Assembly (NCBI GenBank): GCA_012103315.1
Contig: WLWZ01000002.1
Coordinates: forward strand, 71,381 to 135,380
Direction of reading: 5' to 3'
Length of the DNA: 64,000 nucleotides
From: Alphaproteobacteria bacterium
GTDB lineage: Bacteria > Pseudomonadota > Alphaproteobacteria > MPNO01 > UBA2964
Position numbers and translations under genes: made by a program
In this document: positions 55,299 through 63,623 of the stretch, in pieces
Layout: each line of letters starts with the position of its first letter
Numbering within the stretch: the first letter of the stretch is position 1
The notes under the pieces: generated by a model
Told to the model about the DNA's origin: nothing
Databases searched by the model: none
What the model saw: the letters and a program-made list of their open reading frames with translations, nothing else

Positions 55299-56714
55299 CT
55301 AATGCAGCGTGTTGCCGTATTTCTTTTTGCCCGAATTTTTGCTGAGCGCTTTTTGACGGCGGCGTTCCTGCCGGTTACCCGCCTGTACGCGTACGGTTGC
55401 CGGTTCGGCCACGGCCTCCTCCGACTGAGCAATGACATGCGGTGCGGGAACGCCTTCCAACCCATCCAACGTAACGTCCTCGGTCAAAAGCTGTTCAAGC
55501 GTATAGCCGCTGCGTTTGAGCAGGTAATCTTCCGGCTTTGGCAACACCCCCCTATACGTCAGCGGTTGCGGGGCTTCGCCGTCGCGAACGATATTGCCAT
55601 CCGGCAGCAAAGTGTACCCGCCTTCGGCAAGGATATCCATGTAGGTCATATCGCCGCGTTTGCTTTCCGCCGGTATCGCGCCAGCGCGCACCTGACCCTG
55701 CCGCACAGTGGAATCATTATCAGTGCGCCACAGAACGTTAATCAGCCGGTCTCCATCGCTGCCAACCTCACAATTGGTCGAAGCGCGGATCAACGTGCCG
55801 TCATCACGCACCACCACCCCATCATCGCGAATGATATCCATCAGCATCTGATGCTGACCTTCCGCATCGCCATCACCGCGCAGAAACACATGGCCCGGCG
55901 TGACTTTAGTGCCCCAGAAATCAATCACAATACGGTTCGGTGTAACATGCGTTTGGGTGACCCGTTTCGGGCTCAGCCCGCCCCTGCCATTCTCGGCAAA
56001 CGGGTCGTACGCCATGACCTCATCACCGATCTTGATTTGTTCAATCGATTTTTTAGAGCCATCCGCCATATCAACCGGCGTACCGGCGGCGAAGCAGAAG
56101 TTGACGTCCTCTGGCCGATCTAGTCTCTCTTTCGCTTGGAGTAGGTCTCTATCTCCCCCCGGCATATTGGATGAACCAAAGTCTAAACCGTTGATGTCAT
56201 CATCTTCTACGCCGTGGAGCGTTATCCCCGACCTAGCCACCGAATTACTATTTTGGCTTTCCCCAATAAATGTATTCAGATACTGCAAGTCTCCACCATT
56301 TATAGCGCTTTGGAAGTTGGTAAGCTCTTGCGCTATAGCCGCATCGGTTATTATCAATGAGTCCTTTGCTCCTTGATTAAAGCGGTACTCTTTGAATTGT
56401 TGTGCAGTTACTCCGCTACCGCCGGTATCGATAATTTGCGAACCAACTATTTGGTCCGAACTAGCAAAGCTGAAGGTCCCTGGATGTACGGAAACCACGA
56501 GCTGATCGGTATCAGAACCAACGCTCACTGCCGTTTGCGTATCATGATTAAAGGCAACACCATGCACCGTTAGATCGGGCGATCCAAATATTAGGTTCCC
56601 ATTTGGCGAGAGACCTGTCGCACGGCTCACATCATAATAATAGTGATACTTTGGGCCAATTATCGGCAAATCTATAATCTTGTGCCGAAAAACTCTTATT
56701 CTAACCTGTGCCAT
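55299..56714 (-). CDS. Hint (Hedgehog/intein, bacterial intein-like) domain-containing protein
   Basis: Residues about 207-300: CFAAGTPVDMADGSKKSIEQIKIGDEVMAYD ... GTKVTPGHVFL, i.e. the N-terminal Cys block and the TxxH block of Hint domains. No signal peptide is seen. The composition changes at the Hint boundary. Confidence 0.8.
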   Translation of the reverse strand: MAQVRIRVFRHKIIDLPIIGPKYHYYYDVSRATGLSPNGNLIFGSPDLTVHGVAFNHDTQTAVSVGSDTDQLVVSVHPGTFSFASSDQIVGSQIIDTGGSGVTAQQFKEYRFNQGAKDSLIITDAAIAQELTNFQSAINGGDLQYLNTFIGESQNSNSVARSGITLHGVEDDDINGLDFGSSNMPGGDRDLLQAKERLDRPEDVNFCFAAGTPVDMADGSKKSIEQIKIGDEVMAYDPFAENGRGGLSPKRVTQTHVTPNRIVIDFWGTKVTPGHVFLRGDGDAEGQHQMLMDIIRDDGVVVRDDGTLIRASTNCEVGSDGDRLINVLWRTDNDSTVRQGQVRAGAIPAESKRGDMTYMDILAEGGYTLLPDGNIVRDGEAPQPLTYRGVLPKPEDYLLKRSGYTLEQLLTEDVTLDGLEGVPAPHVIAQSEEAVAEPATVRVQAGNRQERRRQKALSKNSGKKKYGNTLH

Positions 56715-56741
56715 GACGTCGTTTCCCCAGTTTGCACCCAG

Positions 56742-57200
56742 TTAATAAGAACCTTTGGGCATGTAAGTAAAATTCGCGTCCAACCGTGAAATACAAAGTT
56801 CCGGGTCTAACTTCAGATAGAACGAAACTATCCAAGCAATCTGTTTTTCCTTCGGATCGTATGCAATTGCATTCCCCCCACAGCGATACCCGACACAAAT
56901 TACGCCGTACGATCGAAGAAATTCCGAAAACTCCGGTTTACATTGAACTTTCTCCGTTCGCTTTTTGACGATGCATTTCACGACCTCCGGTCCGATACGA
57001 TCAAATCCGTGAAATTTTTTATGATCCATAGGCCCTATCCCATGCGGCAACTCACCACAGTCGGAAATGTCGACGTCAGGAAATAAATTTTTCGACCCAA
57101 TGATCAGCTGCGATGAAAGGTGATGAGGAATCCGATAGGTCGGTTCGATAGAACAACCAGGTAGGGAAATTAGTACCAAAATAATCGCTATGTTTTTCAT
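56742..57200 (-). CDS. Cys-rich lipoprotein, unknown function
   Basis: MKNIAIILVLISLPGC lipoprotein signal when started at ATG 57200 (the track start 57287 would add an extra hydrophobic helix). The mature part has 7 Cys. AT-rich (43-48% GC on counted lines). Confidence 0.6.
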   Translation of the reverse strand: MKNIAIILVLISLPGCSIEPTYRIPHHLSSQLIIGSKNLFPDVDISDCGELPHGIGPMDHKKFHGFDRIGPEVVKCIVKKRTEKVQCKPEFSEFLRSYGVICVGYRCGGNAIAYDPKEKQIAWIVSFYLKLDPELCISRLDANFTYMPKGSY

Positions 57201-57309
57201 CGAATGGGGATCCAGATTCACCGCCACGAGTACAAATAGTAGAGAAATCACTATGTAGTTCAACTTGGTTTTTGAAGTTATCCACAAGTAGTTCGTTACT
57301 TGAATTTAC

Positions 57310-58560
57310 CTAATCCGCCTTCTCCAAAATCTTCGCCATCCCTCGCGTTTGCATGCGGCCCCACAGCCAAACCACGGCCAATATGAGCCCACTACAGGTA
57401 AGGGTCCATTGCAGACCGGCGTGTGAGGCGATCCAGCCAATCAGCAACGCGCCAATTGCCGGAAGGCCGTGGGCAAAAACAATAAACAGGCTGAGGACGC
57501 GCGCGCGAATATGCGCGTCCACTGTATTCTGGATCAGGCTTTGCGCGCCAACATTGCCGGTGAGCATGCAAGCACCAGTCACCATCAGGAATCCGACAGC
57601 AACCCATAGATGACCAAACGCCATGGCCAGCGCCAGCGCCAATCCGCACCCCAATATCGAGAGAGTGACCAGATTGGTCAGCCCCGCCATTTCGCCACGT
57701 CGTGCCAGCCACAAGCTCGCCAGAAGCGCCCCGCCACCGATTGATCCCAACAGCAGTGATAACCCCGCCGGGCCGGCGTTAAATATCTGGTCGGACACGC
57801 CGGGCATCAGCTCCATTACCGGGCGCATTAACAGGCTGACAGAGACCATCAGGGTGATGAGAAAACGAATACCGGTATTGCCATGGACATACTGCATGCC
57901 GCGCCAGATATCGACGAATAACTCGAACGAGAGTTGCTGACGGGGGCCGCTCTCGGCAATTTCAATAGTTCGCAACAAAAGATAGAAGATAAAAAAGATC
58001 ACGCCGCACAGGGCGATTACCGTGCCGGAATTCACCCAGATAATCAGCCCACCGGCGATCGCGGGTCCGACGATACGGCTGGCATTAAACGTCGCGCCAC
58101 CAATGGCAATCGCCGCCGACAAATCCTCACGCGGCACCATGCCATGCACTGCCGCCATCCGCGCGGGCTGGCTCAAGGCTTCCGCCGCCCCAAAACAGAC
58201 CGACAGCACGACGACGGCCTCAATGGTGATCAGATCAGTAAAGATTAGGGCGGCAAACACAAACGCGATCAAGCTGGATAGGATCTGGCTGAGTTTGACG
58301 ATGCGCATCAACCCGACACGGTCTGCAATGGCCCCCGACAGAATGACAAAAATCATCATTGGAAACAGATCGGCAAAGGCGACAATCCCCAGCCAGGTCG
58401 CGGAATGGGTGAGCTCCCACGCAACCCAACCTACCGCCGTGCGTTTCATCCAGCGCCCGGTGGCCGACAGCGTATGGCCGATCATATAGCGCCGGTAAAC
58501 CGCATGTTGCAGAGCACGGCCAGCCGCACCAAAAATGGACTTAGACGCCAAAAGAACCAA
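57310..58560 (-). CDS. MFS transporter (EntS/MFS_3-like)
   Basis: Twelve-TM profile, 416 aa. Confidence 0.85.
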   Translation of the reverse strand: MVLLASKSIFGAAGRALQHAVYRRYMIGHTLSATGRWMKRTAVGWVAWELTHSATWLGIVAFADLFPMMIFVILSGAIADRVGLMRIVKLSQILSSLIAFVFAALIFTDLITIEAVVVLSVCFGAAEALSQPARMAAVHGMVPREDLSAAIAIGGATFNASRIVGPAIAGGLIIWVNSGTVIALCGVIFFIFYLLLRTIEIAESGPRQQLSFELFVDIWRGMQYVHGNTGIRFLITLMVSVSLLMRPVMELMPGVSDQIFNAGPAGLSLLLGSIGGGALLASLWLARRGEMAGLTNLVTLSILGCGLALALAMAFGHLWVAVGFLMVTGACMLTGNVGAQSLIQNTVDAHIRARVLSLFIVFAHGLPAIGALLIGWIASHAGLQWTLTCSGLILAVVWLWGRMQTRGMAKILEKAD

Positions 58561-58821
58561 CTTCCTGTGATCGTGAAAAGCGTTCGCTGAGTTCAGACAG
58601 GTGCTTATTACGCTAACAAACCGATCCGTTAGGGATTGTCAAATTGTCGACGCCATCAATCTCATCAGGGAGGTCCATTTCTTGCTGGTTTCAGACATTG
58701 GCTCGGTGGACGAGGCCAAATATTGAACCGCTTTTCTTCACCAAACCTTTCCAAGGATTCCGCTAGTCGATTTGCTCAATGAAGGTGAGTTTGTTACATT
58801 TTCTTGAACACCAAGGGTGAG

Positions 58822-58844
58822 CTTGTCGGAACGACAAGGTTTTT
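58822..58844 (+). terminator. Terminator-like hairpin inside the long leader of the betaine methyltransferase operon
   Basis: CTTGTCG-GAA-CGACAAG followed by G + TTTTT (58840-58844), about 200 nt upstream of the GSMT start. Confidence 0.35.
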
Positions 58845-59048
58845 ATCCTGACGTGCGACGCGCTGGGAGCTGAATTTTCGCTGCATAGCGAACGATAAGA
58901 ATAATTCAAACGCGTCGTTTGACCTCCGGCAAATGCTGGACGGTGCACCGTCTAATTCGATCAAAAAGCAGGCCAGATCGGGTTTTGTGCTCGTGATGGA
59001 AAACCTGAGTCAAAGAGGTGCCTGACTTGCAGCAACGGGAGAGCCTAC

Positions 59049-59852
59049 GTGTCGACAACGCTGGAACAGGACTTCGGAAAAGAACCGCTCAAAACGCGGG
59101 ATACCGAACATTACCAAAAAGAATATGTTCAACGTTTCGTCGAGAAATGGGATGAATTGATCGATTGGGATGCGCGGGCCAAAAGCGAAGGCCAATTCTT
59201 TGTCGAAATTTTAAAGGGACGAGAGAAGGTCAAGGTTCTCGATGTCGCGACCGGCACAGGGTTCCACTCAGTCCAGCTTCTCAAGGCTGGGTTCGAGGTT
59301 ACCAGCGCCGATGGCAACGCTGAAATGCTGACCAAGGCGTTTGAAAACGCTCGCGAAAAGGGCCTGATGTTGCAGACCGTCCACGCCGATTGGCGATGGC
59401 TAAACAAAGATGTACACGGCAAATATGACGCCATCGTTTGTCTGGGCAATTCCTTTACCCATCTGTTCGAAGAAGGTGATCGGCGTCGGGCACTCGCCGA
59501 ATTCTATGCGGCGCTCAAATATGACGGAATTCTGATCATCGATCAGCGGAACTATGATGCCATCCTCGATGAAGGTTTCAGTTCAAAACACACCTATTAT
59601 TACTGCGGCGATCAGGTGACCGCTGAACCAGAGCATATGGACGACTCCCTGGCTCGCTTCCGCTATTCGTTTGGCGACGGTTCAGAGTTTCACCTCAATA
59701 TGTTCCCGCTCCGCAAGGCCTACATGCGCGGTCTTTTGCAAGATAGTGGCTTCCAGCAAATCAAGACCTATGGCGATTTCCAGGAAACCTATCAGGAGAA
59801 TGACCCGGACTTCTTCGTTCACGTCGCGGAGAAAAACTATCATGACGACTAA
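59049..59852 (+). CDS. Glycine/sarcosine N-methyltransferase (GSMT)
   Basis: Near-collinear with halophile GSMTs as I recall them (DFG..P...R...HY..EYV..FV.KWDELIDW..RA.SEG; VLDVATGTGF.SV.LL.AGF.V.SADG...ML.KAF.NA; CLGNSFTHLF.EGDRR.ALAEFYA.LK.DG). GTG start with GGGAGAG upstream. Confidence 0.9.
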   Translation: MSTTLEQDFGKEPLKTRDTEHYQKEYVQRFVEKWDELIDWDARAKSEGQFFVEILKGREKVKVLDVATGTGFHSVQLLKAGFEVTSADGNAEMLTKAFENAREKGLMLQTVHADWRWLNKDVHGKYDAIVCLGNSFTHLFEEGDRRRALAEFYAALKYDGILIIDQRNYDAILDEGFSSKHTYYYCGDQVTAEPEHMDDSLARFRYSFGDGSEFHLNMFPLRKAYMRGLLQDSGFQQIKTYGDFQETYQENDPDFFVHVAEKNYHDD

Positions 59853-60676
59853 GAGCAACGCAGTCGAACGGGCAGAGGCCTATTACGATAGTAGTGAGGC
59901 AGATGCCTTTTACCAAACCATTTGGGGCGGTCAGGACATCCATATTGGTTTGTACGTTGATGACGTTGAGCCCATCGCTGGTGCCAGTCGGCGCACCGTG
60001 GATAGCATGGCGACGCGGTTGGTCGATGTGAATGAAACGACCCACGTTCTTGATCTCGGGGCGGGCTATGGCGGCTCCGCCCGCCATCTCGCAGAACGGT
60101 TTGGCTGCAAAGTAACCTGTCTCAATCTCAGTGACGCAGAATGACCTCAATCGAAAGCTAACAGACAAGGCGGGTCTGACCGACGACGTTCGCGTAGTTT
60201 ATGGTGATTTTGAGAATATCCCTGATCCTGATGATAGCTATCAGATCGTCTGGTCCCAGGACGCCATTCTGCATAGCGGCAACCGAGCACGGGTGCTCGA
60301 CGAAGTCCGTCGTGTTTTGGTTTCGGGGGGACAGTTTATCTTTACCGATCCCATGCAGTCAGACACATGTCCCGATGGCGTGTTGCAACCGATCCTTGAT
60401 CGCATCCAGCTTTCAAGCTTAGCCTCCTTTGGTTTTTATAGATCAGAGCTCAGTGCCAGGGGATTTGACGAAGCCCAAACTGGGCCCCTGACAGATCAAC
60501 TCAGGACGCATTACGCGCGTGTCAGACAGGCGTTACAGGACCGCTATGATGAAGCGGTCGCTCTATCGGGTCAGACTTATGTCGACAATATGATCAAGGG
60601 ATTGCAGCACTGGGTAGATGGTGCCGACCGTGGCTACCTCGCCTGGGGCATCATGGATTATCGACTGACCGCCTAA
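59842..60676 (+). pseudogene. Sarcosine/dimethylglycine N-methyltransferase (SDMT) split by a 1-nt frame change near 60130
   Basis: The N-terminal half (ATG 59842; ...VLDLGAGYGGSARHLAERFGCKVTCLNLS) ends at TGA 60142-60144. The C-terminal half continues in the +1 frame from 60131 (VTQNDLNRKLT...VWSQDAILHSGNR...GGQFIFTDPMQ). Together they make one SDMT-like protein. Confidence 0.8.
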
Positions 60677-60701
60677 CGCGGCGCGTCGGTAAAGTCAGGG
60701 A

Positions 60702-62291
60702 GTGGAAACCGTGCCAGATCGTTATCAAACAGACTATCGTATTGGCCAGGATAATTTGCGGCGCTGGGGGATGGACCTTCACCACCCTGTGTTTTGGGTT
60801 ACCGCCTTTCTGATCCTGGTTTTCGTCCTTGGCACTCTGATGGCACCAGGGCCTGCTAAAGCGATGTTCTCCAGCGCCAAGGGATGGTCGATCGCCCATT
60901 TCGATTGGCTGTTCATGGTCGGTGGCAATGTCTTCGTCCTCTTCTGCCTCGCCTTGATATTCCTGCCCTTGGGGAAAATTCGTCTTGGGGGCGTTGATGC
61001 CAGACCGGAATTTTCGACCCTCTCCTGGTTCTCTATGCTGTTCGCAGCCGGGATGGGGATCGGGCTGATGTTCTGGAGCGTTGCAGAGCCGACAGGCTAT
61101 TACACCAATTGGTTTGGCACGCCGCTCAACGCGCTACCAAGAACGCCCGAGGGCGCCGATGCGGCCATGGGGGCGACCATGTTTCATTGGGGACTTCATC
61201 CCTGGGCGATCTACGCGGTCGTAGGCCTGTCCCTGGCCTTTTTCACCTACAACAAGGGACTGCCTCTCACCATCCGGTCAGGCTTTTTTCCGCTCTTGAA
61301 GGAACGGTCGTGGGGTTGGGCCGGTCATCTGATCGATATCGTTGCTGTGCTCGCCACCATCATCGGACTCGCGACATCACTGGGGTTTGGCGCACAGCAA
61401 GCGGCCAGCGGCCTCAAATTCCTTTTTGGCATTGATAATGGGATCGCGACACAAATCGCCATCATTATCGGTGTTACTTTTGTGGCAATCATTTCGGTGG
61501 TACGCGGCCTCGACGGCGGCGTAAAAATTCTAAGCAACATCAATATGGGACTTGCCGCTCTACTGCTTCTGTTCGTCATTGTGGTCGGACCGACGATTGC
61601 CATATTTACGACGATGGGCTCCACCGCGCTGGCCTATGTCGAAACCATTATCCCGTTGAGCAACTGGATTGGCCGCGAAGACGAAAAGTTCTTTCATGGC
61701 TGGACAGTGTTTTACTGGGCCTGGTGGATTTCCTGGTCGCCTTTTGTTGGCATGTTTATCGCCCGTATCTCAAAGGGCAGCACAGTTCGGGAATTCCTCA
61801 TTGCCGTGCTGCTTGTGCCGACCTTGGTCACCTTGGTCTGGATGGCAACCTTTGGCGGCGGCGCCCTGGAACAAGCTCAAAATGAGATCGGCGCGCTGGC
61901 CAAAGGCATCACCGACGTGTCCCTCGCTATGTTCCAAATGTTGCAGAATCTACCTTTGGCCAAAATTTCCTCGTTCGCCGCTATCGTGCTGGTGTTGGTA
62001 TTTTTCATCACTTCGTCGGATTCTGGATCGCTGGTGGTCGACAGCATCACGTCTGGTGGTTTACTCGACGCGCCAGTGCCGCAACGGATTTTCTGGGCGA
62101 CCATGGAAGGCGTGATAGCAGGAGCTTTGCTATTCGGTGGTGGTGGCGATGCGCTAGGCGCGCTACAGGCCGCAGCCATTACGGTGGGCTTGCCGTTTAC
62201 TTTGGTCCTTCTGGTCATGTGCGTTGGTGTTTATATGGGCCTGGCGCATGAATGGCGCTTCGTTCAGGGCCCCAAAGCACCTAATTATTAG
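60702..62291 (+). CDS. BCCT-family betaine/carnitine/choline transporter
   Basis: Polytopic protein with the BCCT signature region (WTVFYWAWWISWSPFVGMFIARISKGSTVREF). GTG at 60711 has a better-spaced AGGGAG than GTG at 60702. Confidence 0.92.
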   Translation: METVPDRYQTDYRIGQDNLRRWGMDLHHPVFWVTAFLILVFVLGTLMAPGPAKAMFSSAKGWSIAHFDWLFMVGGNVFVLFCLALIFLPLGKIRLGGVDARPEFSTLSWFSMLFAAGMGIGLMFWSVAEPTGYYTNWFGTPLNALPRTPEGADAAMGATMFHWGLHPWAIYAVVGLSLAFFTYNKGLPLTIRSGFFPLLKERSWGWAGHLIDIVAVLATIIGLATSLGFGAQQAASGLKFLFGIDNGIATQIAIIIGVTFVAIISVVRGLDGGVKILSNINMGLAALLLLFVIVVGPTIAIFTTMGSTALAYVETIIPLSNWIGREDEKFFHGWTVFYWAWWISWSPFVGMFIARISKGSTVREFLIAVLLVPTLVTLVWMATFGGGALEQAQNEIGALAKGITDVSLAMFQMLQNLPLAKISSFAAIVLVLVFFITSSDSGSLVVDSITSGGLLDAPVPQRIFWATMEGVIAGALLFGGGGDALGALQAAAITVGLPFTLVLLVMCVGVYMGLAHEWRFVQGPKAPNY

Positions 62292-62407
62292 CCGTTAGAC
62301 AGCCGAACTTTCCACTACTAGCCAAGAGCGGACGTCAAAAATGCTCAACTTTGGACATCTAAAAGTCGCCCCCAGTTCCTTAGAAAATTCACCATTCCGA
62401 TCTTTGG

Positions 62408-63424
62408 TTACTGTTTCTTCCTCATCATGCCGTTACCGCACGTATTTGTTTTGGTAATTTTGAGAGGTGTTCCCGCTTCGAGCAGATAGCCGCCATTTGG
62501 TAATAATTGGGGTTCAGCAGGTCCGCCTGTAATTTCATAGGTTGGCATTTTCTTGCACCGAAATGGACGAGCGAAGCCAGCGTACTGACCTTTTTTAGTT
62601 CCCGTTCCATTCTTGGCGATAACTTTTCCGACGGCTTTTGCAAGACTGCCCACAGTGGCTGCAACTCCGGCACCTGCTGCAGTTGCACCGACGGTTACAG
62701 CGGTACTGGTTGCTATACCGCTTAAAGCCGCCGCGGCGGAACCAGCTGCGACTGTGGGAGCTGCCATAAAGGCACCAGCGCCACCTGTTGCAGCGGCAAG
62801 TACGCCAACACCGATAATTTTAGCGACTGGAGCAATACAATCCCAGGTCTTTCGAGGGTCTTTACCATCTGGTTGAACACTTGCTTGGATGGTAAACCAA
62901 ACGGCCCCTGTTTTTCGTCTAAAGGTTTTCCCTGGTTGAACAACACCATGATAGAGACACCCGATTTGACTTAAGGCGATTGCTAGTGGCCACTTGGTTT
63001 TATTCTCAATCATAAATCCAGGGCTCATGTCTTTGTTCGTTACTTTTCGTTTGTATTCTTGGGCAGAATACACCTTGTAGTTATCTCCCGCAGGTTGAAT
63101 GAAGAAATCATTGCGGGTCGTGCCCCCAGATTTGTATGACGATACCTTTTTTATCTGTGGGCCGGGATGGTTTGGTTGGCCTGACAAAGTTGCCGTAATC
63201 CCTTTAACGAGGCACGCACCTTTTCTTTTAGCCTGCCACTTTTTCCCTGCCTTAACTGTATAGTTATCATTTTTACAAGCAGCGTATTTAACAGTGCCTT
63301 TGGCGGTAAACGGTGTGTTGTTTGTAATTTTTGCTTTGGAATTAGCATGGGCGCTAACTATGAATAAAGCCAGCAGAGGTAAACTCAACAATACCGTCTG
63401 ATTGGTGCGTTTAAACCCGATCAT
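62408..63424 (-). CDS. Secreted hypothetical protein with a central Gly/Ala-rich hydrophobic segment
   Basis: Signal peptide (LLSLPLLALFIVSAHA), a Lys-rich beta-looking N-terminal half, residues about 198-270 almost entirely G/A/V/T/S, and 6 Cys. The gene is strongly AT-rich outside that segment (33% GC on line 63001-63060). Confidence 0.6.
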   Translation of the reverse strand: MIGFKRTNQTVLLSLPLLALFIVSAHANSKAKITNNTPFTAKGTVKYAACKNDNYTVKAGKKWQAKRKGACLVKGITATLSGQPNHPGPQIKKVSSYKSGGTTRNDFFIQPAGDNYKVYSAQEYKRKVTNKDMSPGFMIENKTKWPLAIALSQIGCLYHGVVQPGKTFRRKTGAVWFTIQASVQPDGKDPRKTWDCIAPVAKIIGVGVLAAATGGAGAFMAAPTVAAGSAAAALSGIATSTAVTVGATAAGAGVAATVGSLAKAVGKVIAKNGTGTKKGQYAGFARPFRCKKMPTYEITGGPAEPQLLPNGGYLLEAGTPLKITKTNTCGNGMMRKKQ

Positions 63425-63623
63425 TTCGTTGCCCCTTCAAATCAGAAAAACTTTGCTAAACGTAATCTATAAGCAATTATTTTATACAGCACAGTGGATA
63501 CGCTCTTTTCTAAATTTATTTCTTCGAAGTCCGAAGAGGGTCAGTAGAAGACATTCTAAAATAGGTCGTCTAGGTCTGTTCTTGGCATAAGCACGGACGC
63601 TCGGTTGATATATTAAAGCACCT

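Noticed and set aside
55131-56123. 330-aa plus-strand ORF antisense to the Hint-domain gene
   Set aside because: The translation is Arg/Ala/Pro-rich and low-complexity, typical of antisense frames in GC-rich DNA. The minus-strand frame carries recognisable Hint motifs and a proper start with a Shine-Dalgarno.
58561-59048. Glycine, SAM-II or SAM/SAH riboswitch upstream of the methyltransferase operon
   Set aside because: I could not find the conserved cores by eye (for example the glycine aptamer GGAGAG...CACCG...CUCUGGAGAG arrangement). Only a GGGAGAG that serves as the Shine-Dalgarno is present. This is left as an open check under the leader finding.
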